Below are positions 9,234 through 18,521 of a stretch of DNA of 64,000 nucleotides, in pieces; the first letter of the stretch is position 1, and the number at the start of each line of letters is the position of its first letter. The position numbers and the translations under genes were made by a program. Origin of the DNA: Bacteroidota bacterium. GTDB taxonomy: Bacteria; Bacteroidota; Bacteroidia; Sphingobacteriales; Sphingobacteriaceae. Below the pieces are notes generated by a model. That model was not told where the DNA came from. It saw only the letters and a list, made by a program, of their open reading frames with translations, and did not search any database. The DNA lies in contig JABDCF010000003.1 in the NCBI GenBank assembly GCA_013288235.1, positions 13,133-77,132 on the forward strand. The letters are read 5' to 3'.

Positions 9234-9605
9234 ATGCGTAAATATATCACCCTGTTTTTTTCAGTAACGTTTTTTTTATTTGCCTGCAAAGGTGGTAAAG
9301 CTCCGGCAAGCGTCATTAAACATGACCAAATGGTTAGTTTGTTAACCGATTTACATATTGTTGATGGCAGTTTGTATTCTGCACCTCAAGCCCCGGATAG
9401 TTTATACAAATATGGCATTGATAAATACATGATTGCGTTTAAAGATCACCATACCGACTCGGTACAATTTAAGGCAAGTCTAAAGTATTATACCACTCAA
9501 CCAGTTGAACTCCAGGCCATATACGACCAGGTATTGGTAAACCTTAAAAAGAAAACGGATTCCTTAAGTAAACCGCAACAACAATATGCTATACCCAAAA
9601 AATAG
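9234..9605 (+). CDS. DUF4296 lipoprotein
   Basis: Lipobox-like LFAC, LLTDLHIVD and FKASLKYY. ATG 9234 follows TAATTTTG at 9199-9206. Confidence 0.75.
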   Translation: MRKYITLFFSVTFFLFACKGGKAPASVIKHDQMVSLLTDLHIVDGSLYSAPQAPDSLYKYGIDKYMIAFKDHHTDSVQFKASLKYYTTQPVELQAIYDQVLVNLKKKTDSLSKPQQQYAIPKK

Positions 9606-11946
9606 TGTTGATAAACTGGGTTTTACCGAGATAAAAGAGTTAATTAAAGCACATTGCCTGAGTGAAATGGGCCGCCAGATGGTTGACAGGATACAGGTAA
9701 TGGATAATTTCGACCTTATCCGGAAGTTTTTGAGCCAGGCCAACGAGTTTAAAAATATACTGGAGAATGATGAGGCGTTGCCTATCCATCATTTTTTCGA
9801 TATAAAAACGCTTGCCAATAAAGCAAAAATTGAAGGAATATTTTTAAGCGAGGAAGAATTTTACCAGGTACAGGCATCACTAACTACCGTGTTTGCCGTA
9901 ATTGCCTATTTTAATGATAGGGAAGGCCTGTATCCAAACCTCGAAGCTTTATTTGAACATTTACCGATAGAAAAAGCCATTCTTAAAAAAATTGGACTAA
10001 TCATCGATGAAAAAGGAAAGATAAGGCCAAACGCCTCGCGCGAATTGCAGGATATTACATCGGGCATTGCTAAGGCTGAACAGGAAGCCCGTAAAAAAAT
10101 AGACCAGGTTTTTAAAAATGCCACAAGCAGCGGCTGGACGGCGGATGGTTCGTTAACCGTTCGTGATGGGCGTTTATGTATTCCCTTATTGGCCGAAAAC
10201 AAGCGCAAATTAAAAGGTTTTATCCATGATGAATCTTCATCAGGCCAAACAGTTTATATTGAACCTGAGGAGGTTTTTACTTTAAATAATAAGGTACGCG
10301 ACCTTGAGTTTGATCGCCGACGGGAAATTGTAAAAATATTAACTGCATTAACGGATGACTTAAGGCCTTATGTGCCGCTCTTACTATCGTACCACAGCCT
10401 GTTAACAAAACTTGACTTTGTAAGGGCTAAAGCGCTTTTCGCAATTGATATCGAGGCCGAAATGCCGCAGGTTGTAAACGAAGCAAAGCTTAAATTAACA
10501 AATGCGCGGCACCCTTTATTGTTGTTAAATTTCAGGAAAGAAAAAAAGGCAGTTGTTCCGTTAAATGTTGTGATAGACGAACGCACCAGGGTGATCGTAG
10601 TATCGGGGCCGAATGCTGGCGGGAAATCAGTTTGTATGAAAACGGTTGGGCTTTTGCAGATGATGGTACAGGCCGGGTTGCTGATTTCCGCTTCGGAAGT
10701 GAGTGTTGTTGGCGTTTTCAAGCAGCTATTTGTCGATATTGGTGATGACCAGTCGATTGAAAGTGATTTAAGTACTTATAGCGCCCACCTTTCAAAAATG
10801 AAAACCTTTGTTGAACAGGCAAATGGAAAAACATTGATATTGATAGATGAATTTGGTACAGGCACCGACCCGCAGTTTGGCGGCCCGATTGCCGAAGCTG
10901 TATTAGAATCGTTAAACCATAAAAAGGTAAAAGGGATGGTGACGACCCACTATTCGAACCTTAAAATATTTGCCAGCCATACCGAGGGGCTTGAAAATGC
11001 ATCTATGCTTTTTAACAACGTTGAAATGCTGCCGCTTTATATGCTGGAAGTTGGGAAACCCGGCAGTTCATACGCCTTTGAGATAGCACAGAAAATCGGC
11101 TTACCCCAAAATGTGATTAACCTTGCTAAGAATAAGGTCAGCGCGGGCCAAAAGAAAGTGGATACGTTACTGGTTGACCTTGAGCGTGAGAAAAAAGAAA
11201 TCTTCGATACCAAAATAAAACTGGATAAACAGCAGAAGCAGGTTAACGAACTGCTGGCCGAGAATGAAAAACTAAAGAGCTATCTTGAAGAAAATAAAAA
11301 GGCGCTGATAAAAGATGCCAAAGACCAGGCAAAAAACATCATTTTAAACGCCAATAAACTGGTTGAAAACACCATATCAGAAATTAAAAGCAGCAATGCT
11401 GATAAGGAGATTACCCGCAACCTGCGCGAAAATTTAAATATCGAGCTGCAAAAAAACACAGTTAAGCCAACAGTTGTTAAACCATTACCGGATGCTGAAG
11501 AGCTTAAGCCCGGCGATTGGGTGAAGCTCATCGACAGTGAAACCAGCGGCCAGGTAATTGAAATTATAAAAGACAATGTGGTAATTGCGATTGGCGATTT
11601 ACGTACCGTAGCCAAAAAGAAACGCGTTATCAAAGTAGCAAAATCGACCGTACCAAAAGAGATCAGGAAAAGTTTTAACAATAATACCGGCGATATAGCA
11701 AACTTTAGCCCCGAAATTGATGTGCGGGGCCAGCGTACGGAAGATGCTTTAAGCAATATTGAGCGGTTGTTTGACAGGGCATTGATGATGGGTTTTGGTA
11801 GCTTAAAGATTATCCATGGCAAAGGCGATGGCATATTACGTAAAATGATACGCCAATACCTTAAAAAATATGAACAGGTTGACCGCATGGAAGATGAACA
11901 TGCCGACAGGGGCGGGGATGGGATAACTTATGTATATTTGAAATAG
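9586..11946 (+). CDS. mutS2: MutS2 family ATPase with Smr domain
   Basis: GPNAGGKS Walker A, IDEFGTGTDP, TTHY and C-terminal Smr motif IIHGKGDGILR. Confidence 0.95.
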   Translation: MLYPKNSVDKLGFTEIKELIKAHCLSEMGRQMVDRIQVMDNFDLIRKFLSQANEFKNILENDEALPIHHFFDIKTLANKAKIEGIFLSEEEFYQVQASLTTVFAVIAYFNDREGLYPNLEALFEHLPIEKAILKKIGLIIDEKGKIRPNASRELQDITSGIAKAEQEARKKIDQVFKNATSSGWTADGSLTVRDGRLCIPLLAENKRKLKGFIHDESSSGQTVYIEPEEVFTLNNKVRDLEFDRRREIVKILTALTDDLRPYVPLLLSYHSLLTKLDFVRAKALFAIDIEAEMPQVVNEAKLKLTNARHPLLLLNFRKEKKAVVPLNVVIDERTRVIVVSGPNAGGKSVCMKTVGLLQMMVQAGLLISASEVSVVGVFKQLFVDIGDDQSIESDLSTYSAHLSKMKTFVEQANGKTLILIDEFGTGTDPQFGGPIAEAVLESLNHKKVKGMVTTHYSNLKIFASHTEGLENASMLFNNVEMLPLYMLEVGKPGSSYAFEIAQKIGLPQNVINLAKNKVSAGQKKVDTLLVDLEREKKEIFDTKIKLDKQQKQVNELLAENEKLKSYLEENKKALIKDAKDQAKNIILNANKLVENTISEIKSSNADKEITRNLRENLNIELQKNTVKPTVVKPLPDAEELKPGDWVKLIDSETSGQVIEIIKDNVVIAIGDLRTVAKKKRVIKVAKSTVPKEIRKSFNNNTGDIANFSPEIDVRGQRTEDALSNIERLFDRALMMGFGSLKIIHGKGDGILRKMIRQYLKKYEQVDRMEDEHADRGGDGITYVYLK

Positions 11947-11948
11947 GC

Positions 11949-12036
11949 AGCCCCACCCAACCCTCCCCGGTAGGGAAGGCTTTTAACTAAAAGAAAATCG
12001 AAAGTCTCCCCAACAGGGGGAGATTTAGAGGGGGCT
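11949..12036. repeat. GC-rich double-hairpin palindromic element
   Basis: AGCCCCACCCAACCCTCCCCGGTAGGGAAGGC ... TCTCCCCAACAGGGGGAGATTTAGAGGGGGCT, with AGCCCC/GGGGCT termini. Confidence 0.7.
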
Positions 12037-12037
12037 A

Positions 12038-13135
12038 ATGACAATTAAAATCAATAATATGTGCCGCAAATATCTTTTCTTTTGTCTTGCTGTCGCGATC
12101 AGCCTCAACTGCGCTGCCCAATCTGTCATCAAAGCCAATGACACTCACATTCGATATGAAGGCCGCATTGCTATGACAGATTCCACCGCCGAACTGTCAT
12201 GGCCTGCCAGCGCTATAAAAATAAACTTTACCGGAACCCGCATCAGGGCGGTTTTAGCGGATGAAAGATCAGATAATAACTACAATGTTATTGTCGATAA
12301 TAAAGTAATAAGCGTTCTTCATCCGTTGCAGCAAAAAAAGGAATATGTGCTTGCCGAAGGTTTAAAACCCGGTAAACACACCCTTGAATTATTTAAACGC
12401 ACCGAAAGCAACATGGGCAAAACCTGGTTTTACCAGTTTGGCCTTGGAAAAAATGGTAAAATTTTATCCGCACCGCCAACCCCAAAACGTAAAATTGAGT
12501 TTTTCGGGAATTCAATATCCTGCGGGTACGCCGATGAGGATACTACCGGGAAAGACCGCGGCACCAGTCCTTATGAAAACGGTTATTTAAGTTATGCCGC
12601 ATTAACTGCCCGGCATTTTAATGCTGAATTGCATAATACCTCAAAAAGCGGGATAGGTATCACCGTTAGCTGGTTTCCATTAACCATGCCCGAAATGTAC
12701 GACAGGCTCGATGCTACTGATCCCTTAAGCAAGTGGGATTTCTCTAAATACACCCCGGATTTAGTTATAATCAACCTGTTTCAAAATGACTGCTGGATAG
12801 TTAACCTGCCCAATAACGACCAGTTTAAAGCAAGGTTTGGCACCATACCCCCAACGCCCGAATTTATAATTAATGCATACGCTAATTTTGTAAAAAGTGT
12901 GAGGAGCAAATATCCTAAAGCCCATATCATTTGTATGTTGGGCAGTATGGACGCCACAAAAGCAGGTTCACCATGGCCGGGATATATTGATAAGGCAGTG
13001 GCAACCTTAAACGATAATAACATTTACACCCATTTTATTCCTTATAAAAACACAAACGGGCACCCGAGCCTAAAAGAACAGCAAGCAATGGCTGATGATC
13101 TGATCACCTATATTGACCAACATATTAAGTGGTGA
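12038..13135 (+). CDS. SGNH/GDSL esterase, carbohydrate esterase family 2-like
   Basis: HTLELFKRTE, IEFFGNSISCGY, SGIG and GHP. Alternative start 12059. Confidence 0.85.
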   Translation: MTIKINNMCRKYLFFCLAVAISLNCAAQSVIKANDTHIRYEGRIAMTDSTAELSWPASAIKINFTGTRIRAVLADERSDNNYNVIVDNKVISVLHPLQQKKEYVLAEGLKPGKHTLELFKRTESNMGKTWFYQFGLGKNGKILSAPPTPKRKIEFFGNSISCGYADEDTTGKDRGTSPYENGYLSYAALTARHFNAELHNTSKSGIGITVSWFPLTMPEMYDRLDATDPLSKWDFSKYTPDLVIINLFQNDCWIVNLPNNDQFKARFGTIPPTPEFIINAYANFVKSVRSKYPKAHIICMLGSMDATKAGSPWPGYIDKAVATLNDNNIYTHFIPYKNTNGHPSLKEQQAMADDLITYIDQHIKW

Positions 13136-13141
13136 AGTGGG

Positions 13142-13271
13142 TCATAGTCCATAGCTCATAGCCGAAAGGAGAGATTTGTTAATGTCAATAGTCTATAAAT
13201 CATTGCAAATTTGCTGCCATATTTTTCGCAATAAAAAAACTATGGACCATGAGCTATGAACCATGAACTAT
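13142..13271. repeat. Inverted tandem 7-mer element, family C (CATAGCT/AGCTATG)
   Basis: TCATAGTCCATAGCTCATAGCC ... CTATGGACCATGAGCTATGAACCATGAACTA. Confidence 0.8.
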
Positions 13272-13300
13272 AAGTAATTTTGCCCCACCAATTATAAAAC

Positions 13301-13996
13301 ATGAACAAAGTAGTTAACGGCGCTGATGAGGCTGTCCGCGATATTAATGACGGTGCAACCCTTATGCTCGGTGGTTTTGGCCTGTGCGGCCTGCCCGAAA
13401 ATTGTATTGCGGCCCTGGTGCGAAAAGGGGCAAAAGACCTCACCTGTATTTCAAACAATGCCGGCGTTGATGATTTTGGCATCGGCCTGATGCTGAAGCA
13501 AAGGCAGGTCAAAAAGATGATATCTTCCTACGTTGGCGAAAACGCTGAATTTGAGAGGCAATTGCTGAGCGGCGAGCTTGAGGTTGAGTTGATACCACAG
13601 GGCACCTTAGCAACGCGCTGTATGGCATCCGGTTATGGCATGCCGGCAATTTTCACCCCCGCAGGCATCGGCACCGAGGTGGCCATAGGCAAAGAAGTAC
13701 GAAACTTTAATGGTAAGGACTATTTAATGGAAATGGCTTTTGAAGCTGATTTTGCCATAGTAAAAGCATGGAAAGGCGACACCATGGGCAACCTGGTTTA
13801 CAAGGCAACTGCGCGCAATTTTAATGCGGTTATGGCAATGGCCGGGAAGGTGACCATTGCCGAGGTGGAGGAACTGGTGCAGCCAGGGGAACTTGACCCT
13901 GATCATATACACACGCCTGGAATTTATGTGCATAGGATTTTCCAGGGCAAGGACTATGAAAAAAGGATTGAACAAAGAACAGTTAGGAAAAAATAA
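13301..13996 (+). CDS. scoA: 3-oxoacid CoA-transferase subunit A
   Basis: GGFGLCG, SNNAG, SSYVGEN, PQGTLA, ARNFN. Confidence 0.92.
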   Translation: MNKVVNGADEAVRDINDGATLMLGGFGLCGLPENCIAALVRKGAKDLTCISNNAGVDDFGIGLMLKQRQVKKMISSYVGENAEFERQLLSGELEVELIPQGTLATRCMASGYGMPAIFTPAGIGTEVAIGKEVRNFNGKDYLMEMAFEADFAIVKAWKGDTMGNLVYKATARNFNAVMAMAGKVTIAEVEELVQPGELDPDHIHTPGIYVHRIFQGKDYEKRIEQRTVRKK

Positions 13997-14003
13997 AAAA
14001 CTA

Positions 14004-14096
14004 TGTCATTGCGAGCGGAGCGTGGCAATCCCGTAGCTATAAATAGCGGCTATGCACAGCGATGAGATTGCTTCGTCGTTCCTCCTCGCAATGACA
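14004..14096. repeat. REP/MITE-like palindromic element with 12-bp terminal inverted repeat
   Basis: TGTCATTGCGAG at 14004-14015 and CTCGCAATGACA at 14085-14096; internal GGCAATC/GATTGCT pairing. Confidence 0.8.
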
Positions 14097-14112
14097 AAAT
14101 TGAAAAAGGAAA

Positions 14113-14769
14113 ATGCTTGATAAAGAAGGTATCGCAAAGCGAATTGCAAAGGAAATAAAAGACGGCTTTTATGTGAACCTGGGTATTGGTATCCCAACAC
14201 TTGTGGCTAATTATATCCCTCATAATATTGATGTGGTATTACAATCGGAAAATGGCCTGCTGGGTATGGGGCCATTCCCTTTTGAGGGCGAAGAGGATGC
14301 TGATGTGATAAACGCGGGCAAACAAACTATCACCATGCTGCCTGGCTCGGCCGTGTTTGATTCTGCTATGAGCTTTGGGATGATACGGGCAAAAAAAGTA
14401 AACCTTACCATCCTCGGCGCTATGGAAGTATCAGAGAACGGGGATATAGCCAGTTGGAAAATACCGGGCAAAATGGTAAAAGGCATGGGCGGGGCAATGG
14501 ATTTGGTGGCATCTGCCGAAAATATTATCGTTGCCATGCAGCATGTAAATAAAGCAGGAGAATCGAAACTATTGCCAAAATGTATGCTGCCGCTAACCGG
14601 GATAAACTGTGTCAAAAAAATTGTAACAGAATTGGCAGTATTTGATGTATTGCCAGAAGGCGGTTTTAAGTTATTGGAACGTGCGCCCGGCGTAAGTATC
14701 GAACAAATTAAAAATGCAACAGCAGGTAAACTGATAATTGACGGCGATGTGCCTGAGATGGTTATTTAA
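14113..14769 (+). CDS. scoB: 3-oxoacid CoA-transferase subunit B
   Basis: VNLGIGIPT, catalytic QSENG and KGMGGAMDLV. Confidence 0.92.
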   Translation: MLDKEGIAKRIAKEIKDGFYVNLGIGIPTLVANYIPHNIDVVLQSENGLLGMGPFPFEGEEDADVINAGKQTITMLPGSAVFDSAMSFGMIRAKKVNLTILGAMEVSENGDIASWKIPGKMVKGMGGAMDLVASAENIIVAMQHVNKAGESKLLPKCMLPLTGINCVKKIVTELAVFDVLPEGGFKLLERAPGVSIEQIKNATAGKLIIDGDVPEMVI

Positions 14770-14772
14770 TTC

Positions 14773-14875
14773 AATTTGAAAATTTGGTGATTTGAAAATT
14801 TGAAGATTAAAAAAGCGTGTTATCATTTTCAAATCAGCACATTTTCAAATCTTCAAATTAACTCATTTTCAAATT
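14773..14875. repeat. Inverted tandem 8-mer element, family D (ATTTGAAA/TTTCAAAT), between convergent genes
   Basis: AATTTGAAAATTTGGTGATTTGAAAATTTGAAGATT ... CATTTTCAAATCAGCACATTTTCAAATCTTCAAATT; overlaps the udk stop codon. Confidence 0.8.
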
Positions 14876-15504
14876 AAAATCCTTTCCCTCAACTGCTTCG
14901 AAATCACTTCCGTTACACAAATAATATCCCGCGCTTCTTGTGTATTGTTGGTGATCACCTGGTCGCATTCGTCCCGATAGGGCAATAAATATTTGTTATA
15001 AGCCGGCTGTACATGGTTTACCCATCTGTACATTACATCCTCGGGCGAGTAGCCGCGTTCTGTCAAATCGCGCTTTATGCGGCGTTGCAGGGCTATATTG
15101 TCATCTGCTTCAATAAAAATTTTTAGATCGAGGATTGCGGCTATTTCTTTGAAATGGAGGATAAATAAGCCTTCAACTATCATTATCGGCGCAGGCTTAA
15201 TTTCGAGCATTTTAGGCTCAATATCGGGATTGTTAAAGGTATATTCTTTTTTGAGGATCGTTTCGCCCCTCATCAGCCTGGCTATATCATCCTCAAAATG
15301 CTGCTGGTCAATTGTCGATGGCAGGTCGAAGTTATAGAACATATTCTCCTCCTTGGTCATCTTATGCGCCACGGGGATATAGTAGTCATCCTGCGAAACA
15401 AGGCATACTTCAGCATCGGTGAAATGCTCAAGGAAACACTTTAAAAAAAAAGTTTTCCCCGCGCCGCTTCCACCGGCAATACCGATGATAAACGGTTTAT
15501 TCAT
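14869..15504 (-). CDS. udk: Uridine kinase
   Basis: IIGIAGGSGAGKT, QDDYY, NFDLP, RRIKRD..ERG. Confidence 0.88.
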   Translation of the reverse strand: MNKPFIIGIAGGSGAGKTFFLKCFLEHFTDAEVCLVSQDDYYIPVAHKMTKEENMFYNFDLPSTIDQQHFEDDIARLMRGETILKKEYTFNNPDIEPKMLEIKPAPIMIVEGLFILHFKEIAAILDLKIFIEADDNIALQRRIKRDLTERGYSPEDVMYRWVNHVQPAYNKYLLPYRDECDQVITNNTQEARDIICVTEVISKQLRERILI

Positions 15505-16588
15505 TTGGGCTGCCGTAGCTGATATTTACATGAAAACGTTTATCCAAAGCACCCAATGAGTCGGCAACATTTTTTGTCATTACAATAATAACATCTCTTG
15601 TCGCTTCATTATCGGTAAACCGGCCAACTACTTTTGCAAAAGTAGTGCGGTTGGTCATTGGGTTAGTGATTTTTATTACTGTGCCGATAGGCGCAGTGCG
15701 GTGCAATACCAATTTTTTATTCGGGTCAAGACTTGGGTCATCTATCCATGTAGCTACACCTTTTTCATTCTTTTCATACAAACCAAACTTGTTGGCATTC
15801 AAATGGCGCTCTGCATTGCTGCTATCCTTTTCAGGCACAACTACTGATGGTGAATCGCGTTTAGTAACCTCTGGTACTGTATTTACTGGACTGTTTGCCG
15901 CAACCGGCTGCGGTGCTGTAGCTTGCGCTCCTGATCTTACCAGCAACACCTGCCCTGGAATAAGGGTAGTAGAACTTAGGTTATTTAGCTTGGTGATGTC
16001 GTCGACAGTGGTGTTGAACCTTTTGCTGATTGCATATAATGTTTCACCTGCCGATACTTTATATTGGGTTGGCGGCGTATTATTTTCCTGCACCGGTTGT
16101 TGTACGGGTTGCTGAACAGGTTGTTGAACCGGCTGCTGTACAACACGTTCCGGTTGCGATTGCTCAGGCTCCGGAGTGGCTGCAACTTCTTCCTGATCCT
16201 TATGTTTATGTTTTTTTGCAGCTTTTTCTTCAGCCGCTTGTTCCGCTGCTAACCGAGCTTTCTTTTCTTTTTTGGTTTCTTTGGCTACCGTTTCTGATGT
16301 TTCTTTCTCTTTTGATGACTTTTTATAAGGCTGATCTGTTGGCACCTCAACAATAGTACCTATAGATAAGATGGCTTTCTTTTTGCCGTTAAACTTCATT
16401 AATACTTCAGGCTTTATATTGTAGCGATGCCCTATAGAGTAATAAGTATCTTTTGCTTTAACTTTAAAAAGCACCAATTTTTTTCCGTCGTTGTTTTTTA
16501 CACCAACGGAGTCAATTAAGGGTTTTGCAAATAACGATGTTGAAATAACGAATATTGATACGGTAATTAATAAGATCTTGAACTTCAT
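15497..16588 (-). CDS. LysM peptidoglycan-binding protein with C-terminal DPBB/RlpA-like domain
   Basis: Two LysM repeats (KVKAKDTYYSI, YKVSAGETLYAISK), a QQPV x4 linker and LHRTAPIGTVIKITNP. Confidence 0.85.
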   Translation of the reverse strand: MKFKILLITVSIFVISTSLFAKPLIDSVGVKNNDGKKLVLFKVKAKDTYYSIGHRYNIKPEVLMKFNGKKKAILSIGTIVEVPTDQPYKKSSKEKETSETVAKETKKEKKARLAAEQAAEEKAAKKHKHKDQEEVAATPEPEQSQPERVVQQPVQQPVQQPVQQPVQENNTPPTQYKVSAGETLYAISKRFNTTVDDITKLNNLSSTTLIPGQVLLVRSGAQATAPQPVAANSPVNTVPEVTKRDSPSVVVPEKDSSNAERHLNANKFGLYEKNEKGVATWIDDPSLDPNKKLVLHRTAPIGTVIKITNPMTNRTTFAKVVGRFTDNEATRDVIIVMTKNVADSLGALDKRFHVNISYGSPNE

Positions 16589-16609
16589 AATAAGCTTTAA
16601 TTCAATAAT

Positions 16610-17368
16610 TTAAAGGGCTAAAATTTTTATCTCGGACTTGTTCTTAATATAAATTAAACAATTTTTATACATAATAAACGCCTCTGGTTGGATTTTTTGT
16701 ATCCCGGCATTTAATATATCTTCATAAACATTATCAACCCCATTCATAATATAAAGTAATTGGGTTAACTCCCCGCCCTTTAGCGCGTGCAAAGATACAA
16801 TTCTCAAATTATTGTACTCAAGGTAATGCATCATATTTCCAAAAGGATGTGCGGGCAAAAAATTAAGGGGTAAAAACTGCGGATCCTTCACTTCTGGCAA
16901 TATTATCCCATTATTTAGTCCCTGGTAAACAGACGGTTCGTAAATGCGGGTTATTGCACCTGTTTTTACATCAGCTAAAAATAATTTGCGGGGCTGTATT
17001 CTGGGGTCGTATAAAACAGGCCCGTTGACGGATAAGTGGTCGAAAGAATAAGAATAATTACTCCACAGGGTTTTGCCGTTAGCGGCATCAACAGCAAGCA
17101 GCCCCTTGTGTGCCGGCCCTGTTTCCGACTGGTAAAAATGCAAAAGCAACACGCCATCATAAGCAGCCTCGATCCCGGTAAGCCAGCGTTCGGGCGTGGT
17201 AAGGTTTTTAAAAAGTGTTTTACCAGTTAACAAGTCAACTGCCGCAAAATGAACCTTTTTTTCTCCGCTGTCGCGGATCTCCATAAAAACGGTATCTGTA
17301 AGTGCATCTATCTCCATGCGCCAGATGGCGCCGTCGAATTTTTCGTCGGTTACAAGTTTCAGATGCAT
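16610..17368 (-). CDS. DUF4905-like hypothetical protein
   Basis: IWRM.ID...EIRD, ERWLTGI and HKGL.AVD..GKTLW motifs. Confidence 0.6.
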   Translation of the reverse strand: MHLKLVTDEKFDGAIWRMEIDALTDTVFMEIRDSGEKKVHFAAVDLLTGKTLFKNLTTPERWLTGIEAAYDGVLLLHFYQSETGPAHKGLLAVDAANGKTLWSNYSYSFDHLSVNGPVLYDPRIQPRKLFLADVKTGAITRIYEPSVYQGLNNGIILPEVKDPQFLPLNFLPAHPFGNMMHYLEYNNLRIVSLHALKGGELTQLLYIMNGVDNVYEDILNAGIQKIQPEAFIMYKNCLIYIKNKSEIKILAL

Positions 17369-17431
17369 AATTTGCAAAGGTGTGAATTCTAAACCACAAG
17401 GGATATCTTATAGAAGCAAATCCAATAGCAT

Positions 17432-18451
17432 TTATTGATGAAACTGAATTTCATTGCTCCAAACGATATTGTATAGGTCAAGTTCGTCATCATAGCCGCC
17501 GAAAGGATCGTCATTGACATTTTTATTAATATTCAATCCAATTCGAAAACGTTGCAGGGTTTTGAGGCTGTTTTTTTTGCAACTAAATGCGATAATATCT
17601 GTGTGGGCCGAGTGTGGGGCTATCGTTACTTCAGTTGGGATATTTTTTTCGCAAGGCGACATCAGCACTCCCATAATGCTATTGTCAATATGATAAAACT
17701 CATCCCATGAGCAACTCATTGAATAGTATTTTAACGGCTCGTTGCTGTTGTTATGAACGGTAACAGGTATCTTAAAAACTTTTTCCTTAATATAAGAATA
17801 TTCTCCTTTAGCTGCTCTACTTATTTTGGTTCCGTCAACAGTTACCGTGTAAAGTTTTCTTTCATTAACATTAAGTAAGTATAGTTTTGTTGTCGGTAGG
17901 TTCATTTTTTGTTTTTTCTGGTGCTCTCCCCAGTCTGATTTCGCGTAGTAGATATTGCCATTCTTATTATATTTCAATGTCATTGTATCGCTCAATATTT
18001 CCGGCTTGTGCTTTTTTCTATCTTCTTTAAAATTGACAGACGCAAACCACCTGTAAAACTTCATGGTGACTTTTGGCCGGACTATTTCATGGGGCTGCTT
18101 GTCCACCACCAATTTTAATGGGATCAGCAATGACCGGTGCGGTGGTATGGCTATTTGTTCAAATACAGAGCTATTACCTTCCTCATCGGCTATATGCATA
18201 TAATCATTATTCGTCATCGTGAAAAATTCTGTTGGGCGACTGTTTGAACCCCAAAATCTCAAAGTATCATCGGAATGATTGACGATAAAGGTGCGAAAGA
18301 CCATGTACTCTCCGTCGGAACCGTCGGAAAAATACGATCCGATTACTAATAGCCGCGGTATTGGATTTGGCTGTTTGATGGTTTGACTACTTGCTGTTGT
18401 CAACCAGGCGCTAAGACAAACCCAGCACATAAATTTAAATTTACCGAACAT
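17432..18451 (-). CDS. Exported hypothetical protein with two tandem Ig-like repeats
   Basis: Signal peptide; internal duplication NHSDDTLRFW...IAIPPH versus NNSNEPLKYY...VTIAPH. Confidence 0.6.
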   Translation of the reverse strand: MFGKFKFMCWVCLSAWLTTASSQTIKQPNPIPRLLVIGSYFSDGSDGEYMVFRTFIVNHSDDTLRFWGSNSRPTEFFTMTNNDYMHIADEEGNSSVFEQIAIPPHRSLLIPLKLVVDKQPHEIVRPKVTMKFYRWFASVNFKEDRKKHKPEILSDTMTLKYNKNGNIYYAKSDWGEHQKKQKMNLPTTKLYLLNVNERKLYTVTVDGTKISRAAKGEYSYIKEKVFKIPVTVHNNSNEPLKYYSMSCSWDEFYHIDNSIMGVLMSPCEKNIPTEVTIAPHSAHTDIIAFSCKKNSLKTLQRFRIGLNINKNVNDDPFGGYDDELDLYNIVWSNEIQFHQ

Positions 18452-18521
18452 ACTTACACTGCTTACAGCCTAAATGTATAAATTTGGCAGCTGGTATCAA
18501 AAAAGCAGCATTTATAATTTT

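Noticed and set aside
9906-11888. Antisense ORFs within mutS2 (and similar ones inside proS, the RND genes, A2M and topA)
   Set aside because: These are shadow ORFs opposite well-supported genes, with no recognisable motifs.
14006-14200. 64-aa minus-strand ORF
   Set aside because: It is a translation of the palindromic element plus antisense scoB (VIARRNDEAIS-type repeat peptide).
16090-16142. 12-bp tandem repeat in the LysM gene as a phase-variation tract
   Set aside because: It is in frame and synonymously diverged, encoding a QQPV linker, so it cannot frameshift.
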